Virus record (IMG/VR): IMGVR_UViG_2531839666_000027 | DNA from: a virus | Taxonomy: Duplodnaviria > Heunggongvirae > Uroviricota > Caudoviricetes | Direction: 5' to 3' (one strand) | DNA length: 24,381 nucleotides | In this document: piece after piece, positions 1 to 12,858 of the stretch | Numbering within the stretch: position 1 is the stretch's first letter | Layout: each line of letters opens with the position of its first letter | The notes under the pieces: generated by a model | What the model was told of the DNA's origin: nothing | Databases searched by the model: none | Seen by the model: the letters and a program-made list of their open reading frames with translations, nothing else | Program-made: the position numbers and the translations under genes

Positions 1-1284
1 TTACAGACTTCTGGAAGGTTGCGCAGCTCTTACAACACGCGGTTGATCTTCCGCAGCGTCTTCCAGCGCACTTAAATCACGGTCTTTCACCTCTGGCATT
101 TTCAGCGCAGAGATTAAACCAATTACTGAATATGCCATGATCATAATGGCGATCGGATACCAGGATTCCGTCATGGTGCAGAAAATACCCGCCAGGATAG
201 GACCAAAACCGGAAGCGATAAGACCACCAATTTCTTTAGAAATAGCCATCCGGGTAAAGCGGTTTTTACAGCCGAACATTTCTGCCATGGTAATGTTTTC
301 CAGAGCAAATAATCCCAGCACCGCACAGTTATGAATCACAATCAGTGCAACCATAATGGTGCTCGGGGCATAGCTTTTATCTACAATGATAGAAAGCATT
401 GGCCATGCCAGCACAATCGCGGAGGTATTCATAATAATATACGGGATCCGGCGACCAATTTTATCGGATAACCAACCAAGGAACGGAATGGTCATAAAGC
501 CGAGAATCGAACTAATCATCAATGCATCTGTTGGAATTGCTTTGTTAAACAATAACGTCTGCACTAAATAGCCTGCAAGGAAAGTCTGAATTAACCCAGA
601 GTTACCCGCCTGACCAAAACGCAGCCCTGTTGCCAGCCAGAAGGATTTGCTCTGGAACATGCTACCAGCAGGTGCAGGTTTTGCTGTGGGTTGGTTGCTG
701 TCATTAACCTTCTCAAAGACCGGGCTTTCTTTCAGATTCATACGTAACCAGATAGCAAAGACCATCACGACAACGCTCGCCAGGAACGGTATACGCCATC
801 CCCACGCCAGCAGTTCCTCTTTACTGAGAATGAAGAACATAAAGGCCCAGATTGCCGTTGCGCTCAAGGTTCCGCAGTTAGTTCCCATAGCTACAAATGA
901 GGAGATAATTCCGCGCTTACCTTTTGGTGCATATTCCGCCAGCATCGTACCGGCACCGGAAATTTCCGCACCTGCACCCAACCCCTGAATAATACGCAGC
1001 GTCACCAGCAAGATGGGGGCAAAAACACCAATCTGTGCATAGGTCGGTAACACACCAATTAAGGTGGTACAGATCCCCATCATGGTGATGGTAATAAAGA
1101 GCACTTTTTTACGCCCTATTCTGTCGCCCATTTTGCCGAAAATAAATGCTCCGACAATACGCGCCACATAACCTGCACCGTAGGTTCCCATTGCCAAAAT
1201 TAACGCCATTGCCGTTGATGATTCAGGAAAAAATATTTCATGAAACACTAACGCTGCGCCGAGCGAATATAACTGGAAATCCAT
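1..1284 (-). CDS. ydfJ: MFS-family transporter (YdfJ-like); begins at the TM2 region with the G-x-x-x-D-R-x-G-R-K-K loop motif about 50 aa in, so TM1 appears missing (5'-truncated at the prophage junction)
   Basis: 427-aa ORF with many hydrophobic helices and the MFS loop motif GKMGDRIGRKK; ATG at 1284..1282; stop TAA at the window edge (3..1). Sequence matches my recollection of E. coli YdfJ. Confidence 0.85.
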   Translation of the reverse strand: MDFQLYSLGAALVFHEIFFPESSTAMALILAMGTYGAGYVARIVGAFIFGKMGDRIGRKKVLFITITMMGICTTLIGVLPTYAQIGVFAPILLVTLRIIQGLGAGAEISGAGTMLAEYAPKGKRGIISSFVAMGTNCGTLSATAIWAFMFFILSKEELLAWGWRIPFLASVVVMVFAIWLRMNLKESPVFEKVNDSNQPTAKPAPAGSMFQSKSFWLATGLRFGQAGNSGLIQTFLAGYLVQTLLFNKAIPTDALMISSILGFMTIPFLGWLSDKIGRRIPYIIMNTSAIVLAWPMLSIIVDKSYAPSTIMVALIVIHNCAVLGLFALENITMAEMFGCKNRFTRMAISKEIGGLIASGFGPILAGIFCTMTESWYPIAIMIMAYSVIGLISALKMPEVKDRDLSALEDAAEDQPRVVRAAQPSRSL

Positions 1285-2069
1285 AATTCACAGGTGTTTT
1301 TTCCCATCCTGTGGTTTCCTTGGCGTTTTCTAGGTTTTTTCAGATAGTTGCATTTTTTAAAAAGCATCCTAAGTTCGATCTCAGTGTCTATCTGGGGCCT
1401 ATTTCTGTCCCATATATGCCCCAAAAAAACTCCCCAACAGATAAGTAGTTTTTTCATGGATTTATGCGTAAAATCAAGAACGGCTGGAAATCATTCAATA
1501 CTCACACTATCGAAAAATTTACCAGCCAACCGCAGCACGTTCTTGCATAAGGCGTGTCTGCGGTTTTTCAACTATTCAGATACATCACTCCCATCACATT
1601 CATTCCTCCGCATCAAAGGCATATAGGCTATATCACCTTGATATTTTTCTTTTTCAGATAAAAACTGTTATCTATGTATACTTTTAAACCCAATCCGTGT
1701 AGAGTCTCTGCATAAGATAGTTTGCAGTTACCGCTTCAGCTTGCGCCATAAACCGCCTGATTTTTGCTGCCACCTGTTAGCATTCCTGTATACCTGAAAC
1801 GACAATGTTTATCTACGAACTTTAAGAACACCCAAGATAAAAATTGTCAACTATATCATATATAACACATTACTAATTCGAGGCTATATGAACAGCATAC
1901 TGATAATCACTTCTCTCCTTATCATATTCAGCATTTTTAGTCATGCCCTAATAAAATTAGGGATTGGCATATCCAATAACCCAGACAAAACCGATGTATA
2001 AGTCAACATATCCTGAATCAGACATACAATATCGCAATGAAAATCAATAATATTTTAAGGAATATCTTC

Positions 2070-2303
2070 ATGAAATCAAAAGACACCCTAAAGTGGTTCC
2101 CTGCGCAGCTTCCTGAAGTAAGAATTATCCTAGGGGATGCTGTAGTGGAAGTAGCAAAACAGGGAAGACCTATCAATACCAGAACATTGCTTGATTACAT
2201 TGAAGGAAACATAAAGAAAAAATCATGGCTGGATAACAAAGAATTATTACAAACAGCGATATCAGTTCTTAAAGACAACCAAAATTTAAATGGTAAAATG
2301 TAA
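2070..2303 (+). CDS. ydfK: small prophage protein YdfK-like (77 aa)
   Basis: ORF-track frame 2037..2303; internal ATG at 2070 is preceded by AAGGA about 8 nt upstream, whereas ATG 2037 has no RBS. Protein MKSKDTLKWFPAQLPEV... recalled as YdfK/YnaE family. Confidence 0.6.
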   Translation: MKSKDTLKWFPAQLPEVRIILGDAVVEVAKQGRPINTRTLLDYIEGNIKKKSWLDNKELLQTAISVLKDNQNLNGKM

Positions 2304-2618
2304 TATAATAAACTTACTTTTTATCATTTTTCCACTTTAACAACATTTTGCTCCACTTTTCCACGATCAAACAACTTGAAATCTGGTTAAAATAACACGC
2401 AACACTATTCTTCTTCCTTGAGTCCGCCCGGAACTCGAAAAACAAACCGAGTTAAAGCCATTTTTCACAAAATCGATTTTGGGTCTCACCAAAATTACGG
2501 GGTTGCATACGCATTCGTTTATTTTCGAACGTGTACATACAAATATGCACAAAAATAATCAAAATTATTTTCTGAGATGCATTATGATATGAACACCAAT
2601 TTCGTATAGAGTCTCACT

Positions 2619-3209
2619 ATGTCTCGAATTTTTGCTTACTGTCGGATATCAACGCTGGATCAGACCATCGAAAATCAACGCCGGGAAATCGAAAGTGCAG
2701 GTTTTAAAATCAAACCTCAGCAAATAATCGAAGAACACATTAGCGGCTCAGCAGCAACCAGTGAGCGTCCTGGTTTTAACCGGTTGCTTGCTCGCCTGAA
2801 ATGTGGTGATCAATTGATTGTGACAAAACTGGATCGCCTTGGTTGTAATGCAATGGATATCAGGAAAACAGTGGAACAACTGACCGAAACAGGTATCAGA
2901 GTGCATTGCTTAGCATTGGGGGGCATTGACCTGACCAGTCCAACAGGAAAAATGATGATGCACGTAATTTCAGCAGTCGCTGAATTTGAACGAGACCTTT
3001 TACTTGAACGCACTCATTCCGGGATAGTAAGAGCCCGCGGCGCAGGGAAACGTTTTGGTCGACCACCTGTGTTAAATGAAGAACAGAAACAGGTGGTATT
3101 CGAACGAATTAAGTCAGGTGTAAGTATAAGTGCCATTGCCCGGGAATTCAAAACCTCGCGGCAAACCATTTTAAGAGCCAAAGCAAAACTTCAGACACCT
3201 GACATATAA
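2619..3209 (+). CDS. pinQ: serine recombinase, DNA invertase Pin family
   Basis: 196-aa ORF; N-terminal catalytic region YCRISTLDQ (serine nucleophile) and C-terminal HTH; matches recollection of PinQ/PinR. Confidence 0.9.
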   Translation: MSRIFAYCRISTLDQTIENQRREIESAGFKIKPQQIIEEHISGSAATSERPGFNRLLARLKCGDQLIVTKLDRLGCNAMDIRKTVEQLTETGIRVHCLALGGIDLTSPTGKMMMHVISAVAEFERDLLLERTHSGIVRARGAGKRFGRPPVLNEEQKQVVFERIKSGVSISAIAREFKTSRQTILRAKAKLQTPDI

Positions 3210-3305
3210 AAATAATCTCGGTGTGAGATGCTTTACGTCTTCCAAGCCCCCTTCCTTGCCGTAAATGGAAAGATACATCTAATTATAGAATTTATATGTT
3301 TTACC

Positions 3306-3881
3306 CTACGGCAGTGCTGGCCATTCAATATCCTGTGCAGTTGACGTATCAACACGGTTCAGCAACACCCGATACTTTTTCCAGGCTTCCAGCAATGAGG
3401 TTTCTTCCTCCGTTGCGATTTCCAGATCTACAGCATCCTGAAGTGGCGCAATATGCTCACTGGCTACCTGCATCAGGCTGTTTTTTGTTTCTTCCGCCTC
3501 TCGGATCCGGAACAGTTTTTCTGCTTCTGCATCTTTCACCCAGGCTGTGCCGTTCCACTTCTGAAACTCCCCTTCCGGCGATAACCAGGTAACATTTTCC
3601 GGTAACGGACCGAGTTCAGAAATAAATAACGCGTCCCCTGACGCTACGTCATAAACCGTTTTACCCCGATGGTCTTCAACGAGATGCCACGATGCCTTAT
3701 CACTGTTGAAAACAGCCACAAAGCCAGCAGGAATATCTGGTGGTGCAATATCGGTACTGTTTGCTGGCAGACCTGTATGAGGCGGAATATATGCGTCACC
3801 TTCACCAATAAATTCATTAGTTCCGGCCAGCAGATTATAAATTTTTATGGTCCGTGGTTGTTCACTCATTCTGAATGCCAT
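3306..3881 (-). CDS. tfaQ: tail fibre assembly protein Tfa
   Basis: 191-aa [27 protein letters not shown]..., near-identical to recalled lambda Tfa; its ATG overlaps the stf stop (ATGA). Confidence 0.9.
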   Translation of the reverse strand: MAFRMSEQPRTIKIYNLLAGTNEFIGEGDAYIPPHTGLPANSTDIAPPDIPAGFVAVFNSDKASWHLVEDHRGKTVYDVASGDALFISELGPLPENVTWLSPEGEFQKWNGTAWVKDAEAEKLFRIREAEETKNSLMQVASEHIAPLQDAVDLEIATEEETSLLEAWKKYRVLLNRVDTSTAQDIEWPALP

Positions 3882-6691
3882 TATGCAAGCCTCACAATAT
3901 AGTTAAATGCGATGTTTTTGACGGTGTTTTCCGCGTTACCAGCAGCGTTAACGGTGATGGTGTGTCCATGTGAACCAATCGCAACGGAGTGCGTATGAGC
4001 ACCAATACCGACAGTATGCGCGTGTGCACCTGCAGATGCTGCTGTGCCGGACAGTGAATGGCTATGATTACCATCTGTACTGGTATTCGCTAACCACCCC
4101 GTAAACATACCTACTGAGCCTTGTACACCCCAGGTATTTTGACCTGAGCTTGTATAACCATATTGATAAGTATCTTTAAAAACACTGGGGTTAAATCGAC
4201 GGCCATCTCTATGGCTGTGATTACCAGCTGCATTCGTGCTGCCACTTAAACTATGGGTATGCGCACCAGTGTTATTCGTGGATTTAGTGCCGTAATCAAA
4301 CGACGATGTGGTTTTCGTCCCCAAATCCGTACTGGATGCGCTGGCGCTGTGGGTATGCGATTTAATGCCGTCCTGTTCCTGAGACAATACGGCCCGACCA
4401 CTGGCAGGTTTGCCCTTAATCGTCCAGCCACGCATATCAGGGATCACGCCTGACGGATAAGCGGCTGCAAGTTTCGGGTATGCAGATTTGTCAAAAGTCT
4501 GCCCCTGCATCAGGGCATAGCCAGACGGAACGGTATCTGATGGCCACGGGATTGGTGCGCCAGGCGGATAAAACTGCTCTGATGGCGTATAGAGTGAATA
4601 AACTGTACCGTCCGTTAACCCTTCCGGCTTATTAGCAGAATATGCTGGTGACGTATGAATCGTCACGCTGGCATTACTGGTATAATCCCATTGAATATTT
4701 ACACCAGTCGCATAATTTCCGATTGCAACGTAAATATCGTAAGTATCACCAGATGTATTGACCCAGGCAAAATTTGTAAACCCTGTCGATGTGCGCTGCC
4801 ATAAAGCACCAGTAATCCCCTTCGGATTACCATTACCTGCACGTAAAACAAGTTCAGATATACCTGCCTGTTGAGGTGACCCCACGTTAAATCCAGCGCC
4901 ACCAATCAACGTAATTGAAACAACAGAACTCGCCTGTGGCATGGTTACCGTTGCTAATTTGAACCAACCAGCACCACCGCTGAATGACATTGTTGTTGAG
5001 TTAAGCGTACCAATATCTTTCGGCGTCAGTGTTATATCCGCTGAAAGCGCCTTACCATTCACCTTACGGGCAGAAGGTACCCGACCATTCGCATTGTCAT
5101 TAGCTGCTTTCACTGCTTTCGGTGTCGCAGCAAGCGTTTCAGATGTGCTGTTGGTTGCACTACTGAGCTGGACAATTCCTTTTTGTGCTGTCGTAGCGTC
5201 CTGTGCGGTGTATTTCCCGTTAGCCAGGTCATACGCGGCCTTAACGGCTTTTGGCGTTGCCGCCTGTGACTCGGAAGTGCTGTTAGTCGCACTGCTGAGC
5301 TGAACTATCCCTTTCTGTGCTGTCGTTGCATCCTGTGCGGTGTATTTCCCGTTAGCCAGGTCATACGCGGCCTTAACGGCTTTTGGCGTTGCCGCCTGTG
5401 ACTCGGAAGTGCTGTTGGTCGCACTGCTGAGCTGTACTATCCCCTTTTTCGTCGTGCTCGCATCCTCAAGCGCCACGGCGGATGCAATATCCTCTGCCCG
5501 TTTTGCTGCTGTCTCGGCGCGCGTTGCCGCGGATTCCGCCGTACTTTTGCTCTGTGCTGCCGCTGCCGCACTGCCAGCAGCCTCTGTCGCCTTCGTGGAT
5601 GCCGTCGTGGCGCTGCCCCTCGCTGCTGACGCCTGTCTGGTCGCCTCATCTTTTGAAGCAGACGCAGATGATGCCGATGACGCCGCCGAACTGGCGGACG
5701 ATGCGGCAGCCGTTTTTGAGGATTCTGCGCTGGTTTCCGACGCTTTCGCGTTCGTTTCGGATGTCTTCGCTGCGGAAGCAGACCTCGCTGCTGCGCTGGC
5801 CTGTTCAGTGGCTTCGCCAGCCTTCGTTGTGGCTGTTGAAGCGGATGATGCGGCGCTTTCTGCCGATTTTCCGGCGGCGGTGGCACTGACTGCTGCCTCC
5901 TCTGCCTTAATGGACGCCTCACGGGCCGATGATGCAGCTGCTGTCTCAGAGTCTGCCGCAGCTGAGGCGCTCTGTTCCGCTGCCGTTTCAGAAGACCTGG
6001 CATTCGTCTCGGACGTTTTTGCCGCCTTCACGGAATTTCCTGCCGCCGTTGCCGAGGAGGCTGCACTGCTGGCGCTTGTGGAGGCGTTCGTTTCTGATGA
6101 TTTTGCCGCCTCTTTGGAGGCCGCCGCATCTCTGGCTGAAGTGGCGGCTTCTGACGCTTTCGTCGTCGCAGTGGATGCAGAAGTGGCTGCTGATTTTTGT
6201 GACGCTGCAGCATTCGTTTCTGACGTTTTCGCCGCACCGGCACTGGTGGCCGCCGCGCTTTTTGAGGACTCTGCAGCGGCAGCACTTTTTGATGCTTCAG
6301 TGGCCTTTGTTGATGCCGTTCCTGCGCTGGAAGACGCCTCCTGAGCCGAAGTCGCGGCCTGTCCGGCTGACGTGCTGGCTGCACGCGCTGAGCCTGCAGC
6401 ATCAGTCGCATGGGTTGCCGCCTCACGGGCAGATGTGCCGGCATCACTGGCTGACTTCTTCGCGGCTGCCGTGTTCTGTGCCACCGCGGACGCGTTACGC
6501 GCCACCTCTTCCACCATCAGTTCAAAACGGCGCAGAGCCTCCGGACGGGCATCATCCTCCGTCATGGCACCGAGAAAATCATTCAGCGTACCGGGTCGGG
6601 AATCTTCATACACGGTGATGGTCCCGGCATGTGACGGCGGGAATCCTTCCACCAACAGAATAACGCTGTACTGACCGTACTCAACGTCCAT
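3881..6691 (-). CDS. stfQ: side tail fibre protein Stf, 5'-truncated by the IS (lacks about 50 N-terminal codons relative to lambda Stf); open frame continues to the IS boundary at 6699
   Basis: 936-aa ORF; Ala/Ser/Thr-rich rod, repeated [14 protein letters not shown] modules, C-terminal His-rich domain ...[38 protein letters not shown] as in lambda Stf. The frame upstream of the first ATG stays open (..[11 protein letters not shown]) until the IS end. Confidence 0.85.
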   Translation of the reverse strand: MDVEYGQYSVILLVEGFPPSHAGTITVYEDSRPGTLNDFLGAMTEDDARPEALRRFELMVEEVARNASAVAQNTAAAKKSASDAGTSAREAATHATDAAGSARAASTSAGQAATSAQEASSSAGTASTKATEASKSAAAAESSKSAAATSAGAAKTSETNAAASQKSAATSASTATTKASEAATSARDAAASKEAAKSSETNASTSASSAASSATAAGNSVKAAKTSETNARSSETAAEQSASAAADSETAAASSAREASIKAEEAAVSATAAGKSAESAASSASTATTKAGEATEQASAAARSASAAKTSETNAKASETSAESSKTAAASSASSAASSASSASASKDEATRQASAARGSATTASTKATEAAGSAAAAAQSKSTAESAATRAETAAKRAEDIASAVALEDASTTKKGIVQLSSATNSTSESQAATPKAVKAAYDLANGKYTAQDATTAQKGIVQLSSATNSTSESQAATPKAVKAAYDLANGKYTAQDATTAQKGIVQLSSATNSTSETLAATPKAVKAANDNANGRVPSARKVNGKALSADITLTPKDIGTLNSTTMSFSGGAGWFKLATVTMPQASSVVSITLIGGAGFNVGSPQQAGISELVLRAGNGNPKGITGALWQRTSTGFTNFAWVNTSGDTYDIYVAIGNYATGVNIQWDYTSNASVTIHTSPAYSANKPEGLTDGTVYSLYTPSEQFYPPGAPIPWPSDTVPSGYALMQGQTFDKSAYPKLAAAYPSGVIPDMRGWTIKGKPASGRAVLSQEQDGIKSHTHSASASSTDLGTKTTSSFDYGTKSTNNTGAHTHSLSGSTNAAGNHSHRDGRRFNPSVFKDTYQYGYTSSGQNTWGVQGSVGMFTGWLANTSTDGNHSHSLSGTAASAGAHAHTVGIGAHTHSVAIGSHGHTITVNAAGNAENTVKNIAFNYIVRLA
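5080..5460. repeat. about 2.8 copies of a near-perfect 132-bp tandem direct repeat inside stf (44-aa module [44 protein letters not shown])
   Basis: Directly visible: cctgtgcggtgtatttcccgttagccaggtcatacgcggccttaacggcttttggcgttgccgcctgtgactcggaagtgctgtt recurs at about 5201 and 5333 with 1-2 mismatches, plus a partial copy below 5200. Confidence 0.8.
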
Positions 6692-6707
6692 GCTGTAACT
6701 GTAGTGG

Positions 6708-9021
<2,314 letters not shown>

Positions 9022-9034
9022 CCTGAACCAGGAA

Positions 9035-10543
9035 TTATTCTTCGGACTGGTCGTCGGTGTGCTGCGGCTCCTGTCGTTTCGTTGCGGCACTACTGCCTCC
9101 TTTATCACTGGCCGGATCGGTATCAAATACCAGATCCAGATTGCGGTTTTCATCAATTTCGGCCTTGCGCCGACGTTTGACATCATCCGGATTACGACCA
9201 CCAGCACGTACCCAGTCTGATTCTGTCGCCGCTCCACCACGAATCTGGATTTTCCAGGCCTCAGCCTCCTTAACAGGGTCAATCCACGGCATCACTGGTC
9301 CGGAATACACCGCGGTATACAGTGAAGAACGGTCAAGATCGCGGGGTAGCCTGATAACACCGGATGCCACAGCCTGTTTCAGCCATGCACGATACATCGG
9401 GCGGGTGACGGCACCAATAAACCAGTCCTGCAGGATCAGGTAGCCATCAGTGGATTCAACCAGCTCCTGACGCTGGGCGCTGTAAGTGCCGTTATAGTTG
9501 CGCGCTGTACTGGAAAAACTCAGACGACTGCCCGCCGCCACGGCACGCAACTGACCATTACGAAAAGTTTCAAGGTTAGGATTGGGGCGATCCGACTTCA
9601 CCATTCCGATTTCTTCGCCGGGTTTCAGATCGTCGTAAATAATGCCCGGCTGAATGGTAAGCTCACGTTCATTCTCCTTTCTGCCATTACCATCCGGTTC
9701 ATAGCTCTGCCCGTCGCCTTTCCGGATGTACATCCCCAGAGCAGCGGCGATCCTTGCTGCAGTCAGCTCAGAATCTTCATATTCTTTCAGGGCACTGAGG
9801 CGGATCAGCACACCGGACAACAAAGACGTCCCGCGCATCTGGTGCAGACGGCGAACAAATTTAAGATGCAGCATTCGCTCTGCATCCACTTCTTTGGTTT
9901 CCATCTGCCGTCCGGATACGGGACGGCTTTTATACACCAGATATTTTTCGGGACGCCCCCAGTCATCAACAAACACGCCCTGATTCAGCCTGTTGCTCTC
10001 ATCACTGGTCATGGGAATAAAGTCCGGCTCGAGCGCCTCCAGCCAGAAATGAACACCGGCAGAAGGCGCCAGGCTGTTTATGCGCCCGGAAACCATCTGG
10101 GCAAACACCTCACCATCGCGCAGCCAGGTACGAAGCATCAGACGTTCCAGCATCGGACGGGTAAACTGCCCGGTGACTTCCGGGCTGACAGACCATTCAC
10201 TCCATCGGGTGCGAATCTCCGCAGCCAGGTCACGGGCAATGGCCCCATTGCGTAATACCGGATGTGGCTCGACAATAATCCCGTTTTTCCCCACCACCCG
10301 TTCTTCCAGCTTGTCAAATACACCAATAACCAGATCGTGGTTGTTATCAAGGTAACGGGCCTGCTCACGTAACGACACGGCCCCGTACTGGCTTAACTGG
10401 TCGGCAGTTCGGTTCTCCCGTCGGGCTTTGTGTGTCCGCGTCGTTTTTACGGCCTCATAAGCCTGGATCACCGCACGGGAACGCAGCCTTGCCGCTTTCC
10501 ATCCTGGTGAAAAAACGCCAATCACATCATCAAGAATTGCCAT
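9035..10543 (-). CDS. portal protein (lambda gpB family)
   Basis: Long ORF in the portal position between the W-like gene and the protease; likely start MAILDDVIGV... at ATG 10543..10541, overlapping the W stop (ATGA); ORF-track start is 10615. Confidence 0.85.
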   Translation of the reverse strand: MAILDDVIGVFSPGWKAARLRSRAVIQAYEAVKTTRTHKARRENRTADQLSQYGAVSLREQARYLDNNHDLVIGVFDKLEERVVGKNGIIVEPHPVLRNGAIARDLAAEIRTRWSEWSVSPEVTGQFTRPMLERLMLRTWLRDGEVFAQMVSGRINSLAPSAGVHFWLEALEPDFIPMTSDESNRLNQGVFVDDWGRPEKYLVYKSRPVSGRQMETKEVDAERMLHLKFVRRLHQMRGTSLLSGVLIRLSALKEYEDSELTAARIAAALGMYIRKGDGQSYEPDGNGRKENERELTIQPGIIYDDLKPGEEIGMVKSDRPNPNLETFRNGQLRAVAAGSRLSFSSTARNYNGTYSAQRQELVESTDGYLILQDWFIGAVTRPMYRAWLKQAVASGVIRLPRDLDRSSLYTAVYSGPVMPWIDPVKEAEAWKIQIRGGAATESDWVRAGGRNPDDVKRRRKAEIDENRNLDLVFDTDPASDKGGSSAATKRQEPQHTDDQSEE

Positions 10544-10755
10544 CAGAACCTCGCCAGCCGGTACCCGGGATGCCCCCGTCGTCGTGTAATCAGAGCCGCA
10601 AGGCGGCGCTCCCACTCCTGCCGTCCCTGCCGGATCTCAGATAAGTTTTCCATGGTCATCTGCTGACCATTAAAGGTGACGGATTTTCCGTCCAGCACCG
10701 CCATTTCAGCTTCCGTATAACGCTGAATCATGGCTTCGATATCATTCTGGTTCAT
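10543..10755 (-). CDS. head-tail joining / head completion protein (lambda gpW-like)
   Basis: About 70-aa ORF between terminase and portal; C-terminus ...RRRGHPGYRLARF resembles lambda W; ATG 10755 is preceded by GGAGG and overlaps the terminase stop. Confidence 0.7.
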   Translation of the reverse strand: MNQNDIEAMIQRYTEAEMAVLDGKSVTFNGQQMTMENLSEIRQGRQEWERRLAALITRRRGHPGYRLARF

Positions 10756-12725
10756 AACCATCCTCCGGAAGTCAGCCAGGGGTTAACATCGTCAGTTACT
10801 GTTTTCTTCCGTTTTTGTTTTTTAACAGGCGTGGATACCGGTTCCGGTGAGGATGACGGTTCGGTACTGTCCTGGACACACTCCAGCCAGGTCTCCCGGC
10901 TCGCCCACTCCGGTGCATCCGGCCAGCGGATCTTTTCGTATCCATGCAGAATGACCAGAGCCTCGGCATACACCATCAGGTCAAAAGCTTCGTTGGCACC
11001 GCGACCCGGCTTACTCCATTTCCCGTCACTGCTCCGCTCTTCATACGTCAGTTCGTCGTAAAACCAGCTCCCCAGCCAGTCAGGGAAATGCACATAGCCT
11101 GGACCTGGCGAGTCACGCCATAACGCGTTATTCACCCGGTCTTTCAGGGCATCCGTCTGAAGAAGCCAGAGCGGCACATCACCTGCGGCCTGCGCCCGGC
11201 GGCCCGTTCGTCCGGTGTTATCAGGGAATGTACGGCTGATCAGTTTTGCGCGCCGGATGCTGTCACCCTTAAACAGGTAAATACGTTTACCAAGGCCATC
11301 ACGACGGCAACGACGCCAGAATTTATAGGCATTATCAGTGACCCCGTCTTCACCGCCGGAGTCCACCGCCATTGCCATCAGTCGCATTTGTTGAGAAGGA
11401 TCGGAGGCCAGCGGCCAGCTTTTATGAAAAACATCCGTCAGCAGGACATCCCAGTCTTCCGGATAGCTGGCCGGATCAATTCGCTGGCTCTCCCCGTCGC
11501 AGTCACTGCGCAATGACTGCGTGATGTTGTAACGATCAATAATCCAGCGTTCGCCACGACTGCCATAGCCCGTTACCTGAACCACAAAACGGCGATGACG
11601 TCCCGCCTGCACATCCACTGTCGCCACAAGGAAATTAACGCCATCCGGCACACTGCGGGAAGGAACTGGCTCTGCCCGCTGCTCAAGCAGTTCACTTTTT
11701 CGTTGCTCCATGCTGGCACGAGGAAGATAAGGCAATCCCCAGTCGGTGTTGATAACCGCCCTGAGTGTTTCTTCGCTTCCTGTCGCTTCATACTCCTGTT
11801 CTGCAGTCAGTAATTTGTAAACCAGTTGCGCCCAGGTCTGATACGCAGCAGCTGGCCCTTCCATCCAGAAACTGGCGATACGGGAGCGGCGCGGTTCACC
11901 GGAAACGTTGCCGTTACGATCAATGACCTGACCTTCACGCAACCAGACTCCTGCACTATTGAGCTCACGCTTTTTCTCCGCAGTGATAATGCCGCTGCAG
12001 TGCGGGCAAAGTAGATACGCCGCCTCACTGGCTTTAAAGGGATCCGGTTCATTACGGTAGCCGGTCATGGCATCCATGGCTGGCTGAAAATATTCACCGC
12101 AGTGCGGACATGACCAGTACCAGCGGCGGCGGTCACCACGATTGTAAAGGGAAAGAATACCAGTCGTCGGTGGCGCTTCATGAGGCGACTTACGTCGCCA
12201 TTTGCTGTCGCAGATGTCACGTCCCGGCGAGCTCTCCACCAGAGTCATCCCGGCGGACATAAATGTGGTGGTACGTTTTGAGGCCAGGGAGAAACCATCA
12301 CCCTCGCTGTCGATATTCTCCGGAAAACGGTCGTAATCGGTTAAGGCGACAAACCGGTAATCCGACGACGACATAATGTTGACCGAGGGCCAACCAATTT
12401 TAAGGAACGAGCCATCCCTGAACGTCTTATCATGGACATTATTGTCGTTACGACGTGGACTCATTCTTTTCTTTACCGCCGCACTGCTTCTGAACGTTCT
12501 GTCGAGGCGCTTTTTAGAATGCTCGCGGGCCTTATCTTCGGTCATCTGCACAACGAGCATGTCCGAAGGATCGCAAACGATGGTATAGACAATCCATCCA
12601 TCGATCAGACCAATGGTCTTCCCTGTTCGCGCAGGACCAACAAAAATCACCGCATCGTATTCACGCGATGCCAGGCAGTTCATGGGCTCAATGATGTAGG
12701 GTGTCAGTTCAGGATCCCATGGCAC
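10752..12725 (-). CDS. terminase large subunit (lambda gpA family); the intact frame starts at a GTG, while the probable true N-terminus (ATG 12850 with AGGAGG) is in another frame
   Basis: 657-aa ORF with ...WYWSCPHCGEYF... zinc-ribbon-like motif typical of gpA terminases. The upstream 49-codon frame MGFSSARNLGRDISAGFSPPRRMPISEAVKKF... starts at an RBS abutting the small-terminase stop and would join this frame if the A6 run at 12758-12763 were A7. Confidence 0.85.
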   Translation of the reverse strand: MPWDPELTPYIIEPMNCLASREYDAVIFVGPARTGKTIGLIDGWIVYTIVCDPSDMLVVQMTEDKAREHSKKRLDRTFRSSAAVKKRMSPRRNDNNVHDKTFRDGSFLKIGWPSVNIMSSSDYRFVALTDYDRFPENIDSEGDGFSLASKRTTTFMSAGMTLVESSPGRDICDSKWRRKSPHEAPPTTGILSLYNRGDRRRWYWSCPHCGEYFQPAMDAMTGYRNEPDPFKASEAAYLLCPHCSGIITAEKKRELNSAGVWLREGQVIDRNGNVSGEPRRSRIASFWMEGPAAAYQTWAQLVYKLLTAEQEYEATGSEETLRAVINTDWGLPYLPRASMEQRKSELLEQRAEPVPSRSVPDGVNFLVATVDVQAGRHRRFVVQVTGYGSRGERWIIDRYNITQSLRSDCDGESQRIDPASYPEDWDVLLTDVFHKSWPLASDPSQQMRLMAMAVDSGGEDGVTDNAYKFWRRCRRDGLGKRIYLFKGDSIRRAKLISRTFPDNTGRTGRRAQAAGDVPLWLLQTDALKDRVNNALWRDSPGPGYVHFPDWLGSWFYDELTYEERSSDGKWSKPGRGANEAFDLMVYAEALVILHGYEKIRWPDAPEWASRETWLECVQDSTEPSSSPEPVSTPVKKQKRKKTVTDDVNPWLTSGGWL

Positions 12726-12858
12726 CGAGTTACCAGCCCCTTGGGAACACGCATGAATTTTTTAACAGCCTCCGAAATCGGCATGCGACGTGGTGGGGAA
12801 AATCCTGCCGATATGTCCCTTCCCAAATTTCGGGCTGATGAAAAACCCATTATTCCTC

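Noticed and set aside
1248-1626. ORFs 1248..1457 (-) and 1348..1626 (+) upstream of ydfJ
   Set aside because: Short, overlapping each other in an AT-rich promoter or junction region; no RBS or homology.
3296-3902. Plus-strand ORFs 3296..3592 and 3669..3902
   Set aside because: Antisense to tfa, which has near-identity to lambda Tfa.
4941-6674. Large ORFs on both strands inside stf (5340..6344 +, 5437..6003 -, 5929..6618 +, 6028..6447 -, 4941..5303 +, 6372..6674 +)
   Set aside because: They lie within the GC-rich, Ala/Ser/Thr-repeat-encoding part of the stf frame; their translations are low-complexity Ala/Pro/Arg strings typical of alternative frames of such sequence; the stf frame is the one with recognisable homology.
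9726-10644. Plus-strand ORFs antisense to the portal (9726..9983, 9842..10255, 10080..10355, 10432..10644) and minus ORF 10138..10368
   Set aside because: All lie inside the portal gene in alternative frames.
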